NCBI GenBank assembly: GCA_028534125.1
Contig: CM052817.1
Location: forward strand, 99,264,001 to 99,328,000
Length of the DNA stretch: 64,000 bases
DNA from: Lama glama
Lineage: Eukaryota
Direction: 5' to 3'
The notes beneath the pieces were generated by a model, which worked only from the letters and a program-made list of their open reading frames with translations, had not been told where the DNA came from and searched no databases. Below, piece by piece: positions 13,460-28,234 of this stretch (position 1 is its first letter; every line of letters begins with the position of its first letter). The position numbers and the translations under genes were made by a program.

Positions 13460-16310
13460 AAATGAGTGACTTCATGTTAAAATTAGCAGGAAAACAAGAA
13501 CAAAGATAATAAAGTATATGAGAGACGGTAAAAATTTCTCTACTATCTAGAGGGAAATCAGCTTGAAGCCTCAAACCAACCCCTGTTGCAGAATCCTAGA
13601 AAGGCCAAGGAGTGAAGACACTGATCACGTGAGGATGGGTGAGGGATAGGGATGAAAGTAGTACTAATGAATGAAAGCTGGTATAATAAACAGAATCTGA
13701 GCTTCTCTCCTCACACTGTTGGCCATCCTCACCATGGTAAAAGACTGTAAGTTTACTTTCCACAGAAGTAAATAAACTTCTGAACACTTTAAAAAGCCTT
13801 ACTGTAGAAAACAAAATAACTTGAAAGTACACGTACTGAACTATGAGACTCCGAGCAATATTAAAGAAGTGTTCTGAGAAAACTGAGAGGCCATGATAAA
13901 ATCTAAGGTCCATTCATCACCAGTAGACAGGATCACGTACAACCACATAGATTTTTTTTGTGCAAAACACTTAAATATAAGCACAAAGGCTCACCAGTCA
14001 TTAGAGGACGGACTCTTATATGAATAACAGACTGCAAAGAAACAGGTAGTAAAAAAAAAAAATTACTAAAAACTAAAAACAGACAATATTGTTAAGGGGG
14101 CGGGGAGAGGGAGATTAAGGGAAAGTACAGTTAATAGCACCAGAAAGATAAAAACTTTTAATGTAAAAAATCAGGGCAGGGATATTGTTTTACTCACTGG
14201 TACCTCTCTGCCTCTCTATTAGAATTCTCCATTGAAACAGAACTAATATAATGGAGATGTATATTTTATTTATTTTAAGAAACTGGCTCACATAATAGTG
14301 AAAGGTGACAAGTCCCAAGACCTGCAGAGTGAGTCAGAGAGCTGGAGACCCAGGAGAGCCAATGGTGTAGGGCCGAAGTCAAAAAGCCTAACAATCAGGA
14401 AAACCAGGTAGTTCCAGTATGAAGGGCAATAGGCTCAAAACCACGAAAGAGCCAAGGTATCAGTTTGAGTACAAAGGTAGGAAAAATCCAAATGTCTCAG
14501 TTCTAAGGCAGCAAGCAAGCAGAATTCTCTTTACTCAGGGTAGACTCAGCCTTTTTGTTCTAGGCAGGCCTTCAACTGATTGGATGAGGCCCACTCACAT
14601 CAGGAAAGGCAGTCTGCTCTACTCAGCCAGTATCATTCAGAAATACCTACTGTTTGATCAAATATCTGGACACTCCATGGCCCAATCAAATCGATACAAA
14701 ATGAGCTAGCCTCTTCCCTTATCTGCTCAGAAAACCTCAGAAAACTAGAAAATGCTCTTAAAAATGAAAAGTATAATATCAAACAAAAATTTTGAAAGAA
14801 GTATTGAAGATATTGAACAAGCATCTCAAGAGAGTAAATTAAAAGATAAAATAAAGGAAATGATGAGTATGGATATGAAAGTTAGAAAATTAATCCAGAT
14901 AGTCCAACAACTGACTAAGAGGAGTTCTAGAAACAGAAATGAGAAAAAATTGAGAAAGTAATTCGCAAAGATATAATTCAAGTAAATTTCTCTGAACGCA
15001 AGTACATACTTTCTCAGAGTGAAGAAAGTTTACACAAAATAACAGACAATGAATTTTAAAAGATCTACCCATACCAAGGCACAATCCAGTAACACAAACA
15101 ACAAACAAATTTTAAAATAAAAATATTAAAAGCTTCTTGGGGGCAAAGGATGGGAAAGGCTTTTAATCCTAATATCCCAACAAGCCATCAATCACATACA
15201 AAGGTTAAAAACAAAAAAAGACATTTTCATACAAGCAAGCTCTTTTTTAGAGCTTTTTTTTTTCTACTGTCGTGCATTCTTAAGAAATTACAAAGAACGT
15301 GCCTCATCAAAATTAATACTGAGGCCCCACTATCATCCTCCATCCCTGTTCTGTTTTAACTTGTACTTACTACCATTTAGATTTCTTTTTTGCTTTTCCC
15401 TTTGTTTTATTCTCTCCTATATTCCAGTGCTAGGACAGTGATGAGCACACACAGAATAAACGATCAATAAATGCTGAATCAGTGTATCTTTCAAAAAAGA
15501 AGGCCACTGTGGGTCACAAGAAATAGACATTACAACATAAGAGGAAGAAGAGGGAAATTCTAGATTGATGATAAAAAGAAGCCTCCAGGTGACAGCTTTC
15601 TACAAACCTGCTAAGTAACCAAGCCAGTTTGAAACAGGGAAATAGAGAACTCCAAGCACTCTGTCGCCAGGAAAAACAACTGCACCAATAGACACCAAGT
15701 GTATTCACGTTTTGATGATTCCAATAGAAATTTTAGAAATAAATTTGTGGTGGGTACACAGAAATTTAAATAAATAAAAAAGTAGGAAATCATTAATTCC
15801 AGGAGAAAGAATGAAAGGAAGAGAGACAAACAAGCGGAAGAAAGGAAAAAAAGGAGAGAACAGAGGAAGGAAGGAAAAGGGGAGGAAGAGGGGGGAAGGT
15901 GGTTGGGTAAGCATGGTACCTTTTGTAGGTCTGCATGGATATTTACACTGTCACAATAAACGCTAAGTATTGTTTTAACTAAGTACTACGATGTAATTGT
16001 ACTGGAAAATAGTGTGAAATGGAAAGGGAGGGCAATGTAAGTAACCAATGGTCATCTTTCACAGAAGACATTAGATGATGTCTAAAATAGAAAAATCGAG
16101 AAATGGCTATTATATCATTTAGAAATGTGAAAGTAGCAGAGTCATCAACTAAGAAATTTAAACACGGCTCCTTCCAGAAACTAAGAATTAAGGGAGGGAA
16201 GAAGAGCTAAGGCAGGAGCTGTTGTTTTCAGTTTAAGTATTATACTATTTTTAGATCTTTGAAATAATATACATATTTTCGGTGATAAAAATAAAATTTA
16301 TATTAAAAAT
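13460..16310 (+). mobile_element. HAL1-like (ORF1-only L1) remnant, interrupted by an MLT2 LTR and a small L2 piece (about 15310-15490)
   Basis: A-rich decayed coiled-coil ORF1-like stretch at 14730-15310. HAL1-like 3' sequence gggaaattctagattgatgataaaaagaagcctccaggtgacagct. The 5' boundary is uncertain. Confidence 0.6.
14216..14710 (-). mobile_element. MLT2 (ERVL) solo LTR
   Basis: ggccttcaactgattggatgaggcccactcacat, gatcaaatatctggacactccatggccc and terminal ttctccattgaaacagaactaata match the MLT2 consensus in reverse. Confidence 0.9.
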
Positions 16311-19300
16311 CACATGTTCTAAATGAAGAATAGTAACTGAATAGAAAGTAAAAATAAAGATACACGTAACATTTTAAACTGAATAATAGATACTTATGCA
16401 AAATTATTCTGATATATTTCCAAATAACAGAACAAGCATTCAAGTTTCACAGGTAATGATATTCAAACTACAAAAATGCAAATGTATCATAAACTATTAA
16501 GAATTTTTATTTTTGTAAAGCATTTTACATTCAGCCAAATAAAATTAACTTTATTGCTATTGGCAATGATATAGTCAACTTTTTTGTAAGTATTAATCAA
16601 AGGATCCAAACATAACTTAACTTAAAGGAATGAAGAATGTTAACAAAAACTCATACCAAATTATTTCATTTTCCTTATAAAAAATTAAAATTTTAATAGT
16701 TTATGCTCTTCAATGAAATATCAATATTAATATTTTAAGTAATTATAGTTATCTACACCTTTGTCAAATAAATCAAATTGGTTGGATATAGATCTAATTA
16801 CCACCAGAAACAGATGTCAGAACACTATTAGAAGTCAAGGGAGGAGGCCACAGAGGAGGGCTCAAATGAAGAGAGCTCAAAATTGAGACCCACACTAAAC
16901 ACAGGACTAAAGGTCAAAACTAGAGAAAACTGGTTCATTGGCAAGATATAGTAATCTTAAGTGCTCAAAGTAAACTATCAAGAACTTTTCAACAGTGTTT
17001 GCACTTTGTGTCAGCACTCTCTCAACAGCATATCTAACACAAACTTGAGTAACAACATACTGGGAAAGAATACAGCATAACAGTAAAGAACAGGTTTTAT
17101 TCCACCGTCTCTTTAGATGGTGAAACAAACCAATACATGAAATATCAAAAAAAAAAAAAAAACAACTGCCTTTTGGTAAGTTTTGGTTTCGATTATTTTT
17201 GTGAAATTGTACATCTAGTTTGTACAAATATTATGGCTCAGTTTATAAATAAAATATATTAGGTACACAGATAACTACAAAGTAAAGAAAGGAAAAAAAG
17301 AAAAATTCTATTAAAGCTGGATTAGCAAATGGTTCCATTTTACAACTGCTTATTTAACAAATATTTATGAATATTTACTATGTACAAGGAACTGAATATT
17401 GATAGATTTATAGGATCGACAAAATAAAAAATGCAAGGATTTAAAAATTCAAAAAGTTGAGATAACCATGCAATTATGTGATTATATATAGTTATAAATT
17501 ATTTGTAAATAATCAAAAAACAGTAATCCCCTGCTGTTATGTTTAAGCATACATTAAAATGAATATATCTGCAAATGTCTTTACAAATCTGTTTTTAAAC
17601 CTTTTCAGGAAAAACATAATCTCCAGCCAATAATAATCCTTCGAATTACTTCCAAACTGACATCAATATAGTCAAGATATTTCACTGATCAATCAAAAAA
17701 AAGCTTGATTTCAATAAAGGTGACAAAAGTTGCTCTAACCCTTTCCAGCAACAAGCTCTCAACAGATGATCATCATTAAGCTTATATGAGGGCTTCACAT
17801 TCAGGAGCTATATAAATGTGTCCTATTAGTACATGGTCAGTCTGTTTGGCAACTTCAGTTCTCCAGACATATGGCAATTGCTGCCCTTTGAGGTCTGAAG
17901 TCAAGTCTTTGGGGAATCTCAAAGCCTGCACTGAAATTACAAGGAGTGTTCATTAGAGACTGCTGGAGAGGAAACATGAAAGACTTCCATTAAAACTATA
18001 TAAAACAGCTAATTATTTTTAAAAGATTTTTAAACCATCTTACGTACTCAGCTACAATAAAAAGTATTTAACAACTGAATTGTTTTTAAAAGCACTACTT
18101 TCAGGACATGGACACAAACAGCTTTCTTCAGCTTTCTTCATGCCTCCCAACCCCCACCTCAATACACCTAACATACCTTTTTTCTACGAATCATCAAGTC
18201 AACCTTTTTGTGTCCTGGGAAAGAATAAAATTATCTTATACCTCTAAATTCTTTCTACAGATCACTGTAAACATTTATAAAATGAAGGTATTTTTAGAGA
18301 CAAAGTTCTATGTTATAATATTTTGTTTTGAATTACACTGTTAAATTCAGCCAGACGTACATATGTGTTTCTTTTTAGATGCTTTTTTTTTACTCAAGAG
18401 GATTGCATCTATTTCACTTCTATTCTGTTTTACACCAATAATCATAAAAAACTTATAAGCACAAAATAATATAAATTAGATACTAGCTAATCTACGAAAT
18501 GGCATTTATTGGGTAATATTATAGAAAATGTATGAAGATTCAAATGTTCAAAGTTAAAGAAAAATGTCAATAAATTGACAAACAAGAGTTCAAAGAAATT
18601 TCATGTCTTTGTTGTCTCAAGATTTTGAAAAACATAATAGTTTTCTAATTAATTGTTGCCATTTTAAATTTTGAATGTGTAGACACTTTAACTTGAGAGA
18701 ATATTTATTAAATTTTGCAACAAAACAATACTACAGAATATTTCAGTACCAAATCTCTATAAAATGTTACATAAAATTCATTAGTTTGCCTCAATCATTT
18801 CTTGAATTCACATATATGTTGGTTTCTGACAGCCTAATTCCAAAAAGCAATTACAACCTCAATCCATATGTAAAAAGATAACAGAAAGCAAGTACATTAA
18901 ACCAGTTTAAAAGAATAAAAATCTAAAGAAAACAGATTACAAATGATTTATATGAATGCCTAGTGCTGAAGTTAATTACAAGTAACCCAATAAAATAGTG
19001 CCTTTATTATTGTACAGCAAGTAATAGCTCTAGATGTAAAAACCAGAACTCTTTCTGCTGACTTTCGCATGCCCAATCCCACAGCACACAACATTAAGAA
19101 TTAAACATGCAGTAAATAAGGCATATAGAAAACAGCAGTTTTTAACTAAAAGCAGAAAACTCTCCTGCTGTTTAACCATTTGGAGTCTCCCACTCTGAAC
19201 AGTGACCACTGTAAACTGATACTCTGTACTCACTGAGTACATTCTTAGTGTTAATATAAAGTGAGACCTGATTTTAGTATTCACAGTTTTGCATGAAAAA

Positions 19301-20048
19301 AAAAAGTAGCAGTGAAATAGCATTCACCAGGACAAAATAAAGAATGTTTAGGCTATGAAATGATGGTATCTTCAGAATCAAAATGTTCCTAACCTCATAC
19401 TGTATCTACCAATAAAGCTTTGGTCCTGATTTGAAAGTGTACTATCTAAGACACATACACTGCATGCTACAGTAACACGTTATAGTTGTCAATCTAAAAC
19501 CAATCACAGTATGCTTAATGACTTTCCCGGTGAGGAGGAATAAGACCTTTCAGTCCAGAATGATCCCATGCCTCTGTCAAATATTTATCAATGCACCTAA
19601 TGAGATATTAGATGATATAAACTTAAAGCTTAATGCAAAAGTCATAAAACATGTTATGAATAAACATCAACATGTAGGTCATTTTGACCTACAACATAAC
19701 TAAAATAGTGATATGAAATACTTGATAACCTGGTTTTGCTGCACAAATAAATCAGAACTGATAAAACAAATAATCAACAGTACATTTATCTGGGAGTATT
19801 TTATTCATATCAATTTCATCTCCATTAGAAATGCATGCAATATGAGTTTATTTTGCCTTTTTTTCTGGGTAAATAATTCACAAACTGGAATTTTCCTCGA
19901 CTATTAATGGTCCCTATCTCTTTACGTTCTCAACAGTACCTGATTCACCATTCCATATAATAAACATTCACATGTTCGTTAAAGAACCCCTAATTTAACA
20001 CTGTTAGGTAAAAGAGGGAGGAGCACTGCACTAAGAACACTCACTAGA

Positions 20049-20510
20049 CAGATTAGTTTTCTGTGGCTGCTGCAACAACTCATCGCAAACTTGGTGGCTT
20101 AAAATACTAGAAGCCTGTTCTCTCACAGTTCTGGAGGCCAGTAGTCCAAAATGAGTGACACAGAGCCAAAACCAACGTGTCAGCAAAGCTGCTCTCCTCC
20201 TGGAGGCTCTGGGGGACAATCTGCTCCTTACCTCTTCCAAGTTTCTAGTGGCTGTCGGCAATCCTTGGCTCTCTGCTCCACCAACACACTGCCTCCTCCT
20301 CTGGGTGCCTAAGTCTAATCTCCCTCTGAGTCTCTCTATTTATAAGGATACAGCACTGTGGGCCCATTCAGATAATTCAGTAGTATCCCCTCCTCTCAAA
20401 ATCCTTAACAGAATCACGCAAACACCCCTTTTCCAAATAAGGAACTCTCAAAGATTCCAGAGATTTGAAATAGATATCTTTTGGGGGGGGCCATTTTTCA
20501 GTCCATCACA
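20049..20510 (-). mobile_element. MLT1C-like MaLR solo LTR with 5-bp TSD CTAGA
   Basis: attagttttctgtggctgctgcaaca...ctcacagttctggaggccag...ggggccatttttcagtccatcaca. CTAGA occurs at 20044-20048 and 20511-20515. Confidence 0.92.
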
Positions 20511-22509
20511 CTAGAATAACAAAATTAAAAGAACAGAAAGGGCAAGTGGAAAAAAACTGAACTTCACTAACAAGTTCAACAAAATTCAAAAGATTCAAAA
20601 GAAATAAAAACATTTTTAAAAAATTACTGTATTGTGGCAAGAGCTGGAAAAATTTTTAACAACTTGTGTTCCAAGCGTTGGTTCTAATAATAATGATTGA
20701 TTTGTGACTGGTTTTGTTTTCAGTTCCAGAAATTCAGCTTAATTTGCTAGGTATAAAGCCTATCAGATTATAAGAAACCCAAATATGGGCAGTTGAGATA
20801 CAAGTAACAAGCAGATATCGAAAGAACAATTCCTGATAATTAGCAGAAAAGCAATGACAGAACAGCCAAGTGTCCAAATTGGGCAGCAGTCTAGACGTGG
20901 TTAAGAGACTGACAAGAAACAGAAAGCGTCTTTGTTAAAAAAAAAACTCTTCCCTGTTATTTTACTTTCTCACTGCCAATGACCAACCTCCTTTTTTCTT
21001 AACTTACAGCAGTAGAAAATAGAATCCTATGCTCACAAACTAAACTACAAATTAGTGCTACAGAACAACAGTGAATCTTTTGAATAGGTTTAATAGGAAC
21101 ATCTCTGAAAGACTGAGCAAATGTACAAGCTTTCTTAGGTAAAGGAATAGGTCATTTCCCCTCTGTAAAAAGAACAGTAAGAAACCAGAATTAAGTTTAC
21201 TCCCAATTATATCTGATAACAAGAATAACCTGACAAGCCAACAGACCTAACAAGACAATACTGCTGTTTTAACTGAATGTCTAATGAAAACTGGAGCTTC
21301 CAATAAAGAATTTTCAAAAATACATAATTACTATCAAAAAGACGCACTGCATCCAGTATTTAGGACACTGGCACGCATCACCATACTCACTATGTGTAAA
21401 AGCACCTTGTGGAAAGGAAGCTGTCAGAAGGATGTAAGAACAGGTTCAGGGTTAGGCAGTTAAGTTTTTCTGGTAAATTACCCAGAAAATGGCATGATGT
21501 GCATCACACATATATCAAGTATCTCAATACTACTTACAAGGCAGCAGAGACATAAGAATAAACTAACATAAAATAATATTAGAGACCTTGGAAATAAGGC
21601 AGCAGAGTTTGAATCTGATAAGACAGAAAACTACAGCTTCTCTTGGAAAGGAACTATAAAGACACTCCTAGGAAAGTAAATTTGTTAGTACATACTAGAA
21701 GAGGTAAAACTGACAGAAAGGGAAAAGGTCACTTCTCCAAACCAAGAATAAGCTTCGTCACAATTTGTGATTCTTTACAGAGACGTTTTCCAAATGATAC
21801 CTCCTTAATTGTCCCTACATGTCTCCCCCATTCTGAGAGGTCCCCAGTTGAGAATCATCATAATGAGCAACTGTTAATGATGATACATTTCGCCAGGAGA
21901 AAAAAAAAAAAAGTTGGCCATCAGTGACCTAGGTTAACTGTTACAAAAGTATTTCTCAAATATGGTAACACAGGTGTTGAAAGTAATGTTGTATAAATAA
22001 AAGCACTAAAATATACAAAAGAGATCTTTAAGAAAATCATTAGAGTAGTAATTGCTAAAATGACATCAACCTCACTTGTATTCAGGTAAACTTTATTGAC
22101 ACTCAAAAGAAGCTAGCCCTATGGCCAGCACAAGAAACACTGCGACCACCATTGGGAGCCTATGGAAAATAGGAAGGTTACACATTAACCTTGTCTACAT
22201 GAAAAAAAGCCCAAAACTACAAGTCTATGAGGTCTCTCCTAGCTCTAATATTCTAGGAATTGAGATGAAAATGGACTAGAGTGGGCATATAATCACAGAA
22301 AGAATAGAAAATACTGAAAGAGACACTGCAGAAAATAATGGTGAACTAAATTTATAAGGCAAAGATCTGAAAAATCTAATTTCATGAAAAGAAAACAAGA
22401 GGCACTGAAAATACTGAATAAAGAGAGACGATACTGTGTGCTGTTAAAAACACAGATTCAGAATCTAGTAACTTTAATTTACAACCTACTTTGCTTTATG
22501 GACTATTCT

Positions 22510-22625
22510 ACGTACTTTAACATATATTATCTAATATAATCTTTATTACACCCATTTCACTCAATAAACTGAGTCTCAAGCAAGTAATTTGCTCAAGGTT
22601 ACAGAGTTAGTAAGTGGTAGAGGGA
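22510..22625 (-). mobile_element. MIR fragment
   Basis: MIR core aaactgagtctca...agtaatttgctcaaggttacagagttagtaagtggtagag. Confidence 0.75.
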
Positions 22626-25079
22626 AAAACATTTATTAAAATTAAAAATCTATCATCACAGCATTTTCCTGGCCTCCATCTCTTTCTATGATCATCTTTT
22701 CAAATCATCTTTTTCCTCTCTCCTTTTGTCACCCATAATGGAGACAACAGCCACCTCTACAAAGTCCACCTCCAGCAACCGAGGAACTAACTACTAGAAA
22801 AACAAATAGCCTTCAGGGTTCTGATTCTTACTTCATTCAGGCCTAAATCAACGTTCAAACTTTAGATTTTGCTAAAATTGCATACATGCTACTGGAAGTT
22901 CATATTATAAAACAGTATCATGACTAAAAATAGCTGCATGACTAAAAAGTACACAACAGATGGACAATATCGACAACTACTAATATATAATAACTGTCAC
23001 TTCCTAAACCATGCTATTATATTCCAATAGTATGTATCAGGGTCCTAAAGAACTAATATTTTACCTCAGAGTCAACTAAGGCAAATGGTATAAACACTTC
23101 AAACAGCAAAACTTAAATCTAGATCTTAAAAATTTTGACTAAAACCAATTAAACTATATACCTTATGAAAGAATATATGGTATGGTAATATAGCTGAGGC
23201 TTCACAAAGTTATCAGAGTTTGGTATTAAAACAAAGACAATCTCAAGCTTTACACTTTAAATCTAGCCTTTCTGTAATACTTTAACTAGTAGATTAGTTT
23301 GAGGTAATAAAAAAAAAAATGAGGACTATGCAAAACCAAGCAATAAAAGCTGAGAAACAGAAACCAAGCTGCAATCATAATTATATTAAAACAAAAGGAA
23401 AGTATTATGCTTAGAATATTTCCATTCATGTATTCCTCCTGTTTTCTAACATTCTGCTTAATCCCAAATTTAAAAGACCAGTTGTAAAACGGCAGGGTGC
23501 CAAATTAAAGCACACTTTATTTTCAGATGTCTCCATACTCATAGGCTGACTTCCTGTCAGGAAGAGTTCCATTTCACTGAATACCCCAATCAGCAGGGAA
23601 CTTGCAGAATTAAGTGCCAGTTGATATTACTTTGTTTTGCATTTACCACCCTTGAGAATAACGTTCAAAGATCGAGTTATATAGTCAGCATGGTATCATC
23701 CTTCTGACTAGACTGCCAAGCCACAGGGTGTACTGCAAGTTCCACAAAATTTACCTTAAAAGGTTGTGTCTTCTAAGTCCTAGTGTGCGAGTGAATCAAC
23801 AGGATGCCTGCATTTCAGAATAAATCCTGCATCTAAAGCTAAATTATGCTTCTCTTTGGTTACAAAGCACTTTAACATTGGGAAGGTTTGAATCCAGATT
23901 CAAATAAACATCAATTAATGTCCACTAATCCATCAACTAAATATTTTATTTTTTAAAGTAAAATGGAATATTTTAGTCTGACGTATTTTGTTTTTAACGT
24001 TTTTGCTGTTGTTTAAAGACAAATCATTCCACCTTATAAAAGCAAGTTATGCTACTAAAATTTCAATCAAGTAAAACCATAAATTTTTTTTACCATATTA
24101 GCATCAAATACAGTTACTAAGCTGTTTTCAGATACTTGACAACTGTTAGTGTATTGAAGATTTTTCATGATCAGTTAATACAGCTAGAATCTTAAACTAC
24201 CCTCTCCAACTCTCACAGATTTCCAATCATGCTTCAAAGGTCTCTAGTTCCTTCTCATAAAGTCAACTATTTCCTTGCACACAAAACTACATTCATTCTG
24301 AGCATTTCAATAAAGAACACCTCTGCTCACAGCCTTTGCGCATTGTAAGGATAAGCATTCAGAGCAGCTCTAAGACAAAACTAGGTGAGGGTAATGGAAG
24401 CCTATTTTTTGATCCTAATATTAATCATTACCATATTGATTTTCATCTATTCACATTCAAAAGGTCATAAGCACTGATAATAACACAGCTCAGAGACAAT
24501 CAATCTACATTCACTAATTTTCTATAAATACATTCTAAGGATGAAGAGTAAACACATCCAAAACAAAATAAAAGGAGGGATAACATCATGAAAAAGGTTG
24601 AAATATTAAATTATACTGATCCTAGTTGGACCATGCTCCGTATAAACTGGTCTTAAAGAATCCAATTGCCCCTAAGGTCTTCATTACATTGGAAAAAGTA
24701 AGGATGGTTACAAAGAAAATGGAATGATTATTTACATCATATCAAACACTTAATACACTTCACAAATTTGATGCCATGCAAGCACATTTTAGCAATCTTC
24801 CTACTCAGATATAAATGTTTCTTTTATGAAACCTTGACATACAACAAGGTATTATCACATTTAATAAACACATCATTTTTAAAAGCCAGGCATTCAACAT
24901 TTGTCATACTCTCTTTGTTAGCAGAGGCTGTGATGCCCAAAATGAATCTTGGGCTCTCTTAAGCTAGTGGCTTAAGAGTGATAGAAATAATTCTACAGAA
25001 AGAAAAATCTTCACGCACAAAATGATTCCTTCATAAGAGGTCATCAGTTGAGACTATTTTAACAGGTCCATTTGTGACT

Positions 25080-25200
25080 CTTTGCGGGGCAGGGTCACTA
25101 GGATTTGTTTGTTTGTTTAATGGAGGGACTGGGGATTGAACCCAGGAACCCATGTATGCTAAGAATATACTCTACCACTGAGTTGTAGCATGTATCCCCG
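25080..25200 (-). mobile_element. tRNA-derived SINE, camelid Vic-1-like
   Basis: Minus strand reads actcagtggtagag...cttagcatacatgggttcctgggttcaatccccagt, with A box and intact B box GGTTCAATCC (25133-25142), then an (AAAC)n tail. Confidence 0.85.
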
Positions 25201-25439
25201 CTACCTACTTACCCTGTTTTGTGATTTTTTTAACCGGTCCTTTTGAGATCCAAAGCTGAGCCAGCGAAAGGGATTATATGTGTCCCTTTCTTACTTTAAA
25301 ATACGGTTAGAGTTCAGAATTAGGATTTGAAGCCTGTATTTTACAGCTAAATTACCTTTCAGAGTAAGATAAAACTGAATAGGAGAAAGTAAAGTATTAA
25401 ATAAATTGGTGTCTATTCCTTAACAAAAATAAATACTTT

Positions 25440-25501
25440 TTTTAACATTTTTTATTGATTTATAATCATTTTACAGTGTTGTGTCAAATTCTAGTCCAGT
25501 G
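25440..25501 (-). mobile_element. Ultra-truncated young L1 3' terminus with 11-bp TSD
   Basis: tttaacattttttattgatttataatcattttacagtgttgtgtcaaattctagt, flanked by ATAAATACTTT at 25429-25439 and 25502-25512. Confidence 0.8.
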
Positions 25502-25574
25502 ATAAATACTTTCTAATGAATCAAAACCTCAAGGGTTAATTTCAAACAGAAATTTACCAAAATGAGGTAAATAT

Positions 25575-25900
25575 ATCAATTTATTCAACAAATCCCTATT
25601 AAATGCTTATTTTATTACAATTTTGATACTAATAAGCAGTTCAGACAAAATGGACACTAAGAAATATTTTCCTGACCTCAAGAAGTTTAAAATCTAATAA
25701 AAGAAACAAAAATTGTAATACGGCATGGTAAGTACAAAAATAGCTCTTATGTCTACAAATTTAATTCCTCTCTAGCACTTATGTCCATAAATTTAACTGT
25801 AAGATAGAGTTCACTAAATTCATATATTCAAAACTCATAATCCAGTGTTGGGGGCATCTAAGCTAAGAACTAAAGATGAGTAAGAGTTAATAGGGTTTGG
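25575..25900 (-). mobile_element. L2 3' fragment
   Basis: tttattcaacaaat...tattaaatgcttat...cctgacctcaagaagtttaaaatcta. Confidence 0.55.
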
Positions 25901-28234
25901 GATTATTTATATCCTAATTTACAGTATAAGTGAGAAACATATTAAATTCATATTATATAATATATGCCCCGTAAAATTTTGATACGTTCTCATACCAAAA
26001 ATATCTGTACATGGCAAAGACTGAGTTCTTCAAATCATATCAGAAGAAGAACAAATTCCCCTTCTATCTATTAATTTAATGAATGTTTCTAAATATACCC
26101 GGATGAATCTGAACTATCAGCATCCTATTCTCTACTCACTTCTCAAGGCTAAGGATCACCAACATTTTGTTTACGATCTCTAGGAATTGCTTTATACACA
26201 AACTGTATTAAAAAAAAAAAAAGAATCACTACAGATCTCAGTGAAAACCCCCTAGACTTATTAACCTCTTAAATAATGACTCTCTGTTTTTGTTATATCT
26301 AGGTCATGATTGCAAGCTACCTCAAATCCTGGTCGCTTGGATGGATAAATGGATGACCTATGAAGAGCACCAGCCACTGAATGATTTAGCTGTGTAACTG
26401 TAAACCATTGTTAAATTTTATTCTACTGAAAATTATAAAAATTTTACTGCTATAATTTGGTTCATTTATTTGACAAATATTAAAATTTATTTCATTAGAC
26501 ATGGTATCATATGACATTCATAAGCAGTTTAATTTCATTTTCTTTGGACTTTCTGGACCTCTTTAAGTGCATAGCAAAGTTCAATGCTATAAATGGGTCA
26601 ATAATAATATATGTAATATCCCATTAATATAAAATATATCCTGACCTTGGTTTCTAGACTCTATGCTACATACTTAAACATGATTACAAAGCATAAATTA
26701 TTACAGTATTTACTAATAATACAGTGTGATTCACTCAGTCAATAAAGGAAATAGCTGTATAATCAACTGATATCAAAATATTTGAGTTTATCCTTAAACT
26801 TCAGATTAGTTTACATAAATACTGTAAAAACATATAAACTTGTGTATATACATTTAATGCATACACACACATTCCTGGTTAAACTAAAGTTGTTCTAGAA
26901 AGAATATCAACTCTTACTATAAGCAGTTCTAAAGATCTATTCCTTCAGAAACAACATGTCAATTAAGAGTGAAGTCCAAATTACCTACAAAGGAGAGAGA
27001 ACAAGTGACTTATGTAATTTCTTCTGAATGAAATATAAATCATCAGTGTTTAATGAAGAGAACAGCCATACTTTTATATATCTAATGATATCCTGTAATT
27101 ACTATGATTTGAGAAACAGAGAAAACCAGAAGCAGAATACATTAAAAAAGAGGCATTTCCTGCATTATTCAGTCTCAACTCTGATGCAGTAGCAGCTGTT
27201 CCTAAGTCATATTTTACAAAAATTATCCATAAAAAGGATTTTGTGATCAAATATGCTAATATTATGCCCATAACAGATTCAAAAATACACTTTATTATAT
27301 ACATACTTTACACACATACACGTATGTATTTACTAGCTTTTTTCATAGAACATTCATTACCATCACACAGTACACACACTCGGATATGTTATACTGGCAA
27401 TTCTGGATAGTGAGAAGTAATCAAACAAGTACCTGGCTACCACAAATCCAACCAAGGAAAATTATATATATAGGAAAGAGCAGAGGAAATGCTTTAAGAA
27501 ATTTAGTATCAATTGATCCCAACAAAATTACAGAAATACAGATGGAACTCAGAAAGAGATTTTTGATTGAAAGGCAAAAGAGCCTGAAATGATCTCCTAA
27601 TGAACAAAATAAAATCAGAATTAGATTAAATAGGGATTGATAAACAGTTTTTGTGCTCCATCCCTAACTCCACTCCCTGTTCCTATAATTTGCTTCTGTT
27701 TCTCTTGAAGTCCTTATAAAATTCTATGCAACCATTTGTCTCTTCCACTAGATTAAAAGGAGAGGCTTGCCTTAAAAGCATATGGTACACGTCTGCTAAA
27801 TAAAAAAAGAAATATCACCAGCAGGCATAGAGAGGTGGACTCAGGGCAGATAAATTGACACAAAGCTCTGTAGAAGAGACAGCATTTGAACTGAGCCTGT
27901 GAGACAGTGGGGAAAAAAAGACTTCTAAACCGATAGTTAATGGCCTCACAATACTACTGTATAAAAGCTCTGTAGCATAAGATTTTCTTATAGCATAAGA
28001 TTTCCTTATAACGTATAAGGAAGTTAAGACATATTTCCAATAACCAACTTATACTCAAAATTCCTATTTTGTGGTTGGCAAAAAGATAATCCTTTGTTTT
28101 ACTATTTCTTTTTAAAACCATACAATTTTCTTACTACTCGTGAGTTTCAGTTTAAAATGTTAATGTGCACACTAAATAAATACAGCACACTCTGAGAAGC
28201 TAAGCACCACGATTCAAAGAAGTAAATCTCCATT

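Noticed and set aside
14752..14961. Coiled-coil-like 69-aa ORF as a novel small protein
   Set aside because: Best explained as a remnant of HAL1/L1 ORF1.
15800..15910. Long minus-strand pyrimidine tract as a cryptic acceptor
   Set aside because: No AG follows closely. It is a low-complexity purine run within the HAL1-like remnant.
25080..25200. tRNA gene
   Set aside because: A and B boxes are present, but I see no intact cloverleaf. It has a SINE tail and a second diverged copy at 36355.
25057..25251. Diverged ~24-bp direct repeat around the first SINE as its TSD
   Set aside because: It has several mismatches and the right copy is about 30 bp from the SINE head, so it cannot be called confidently.
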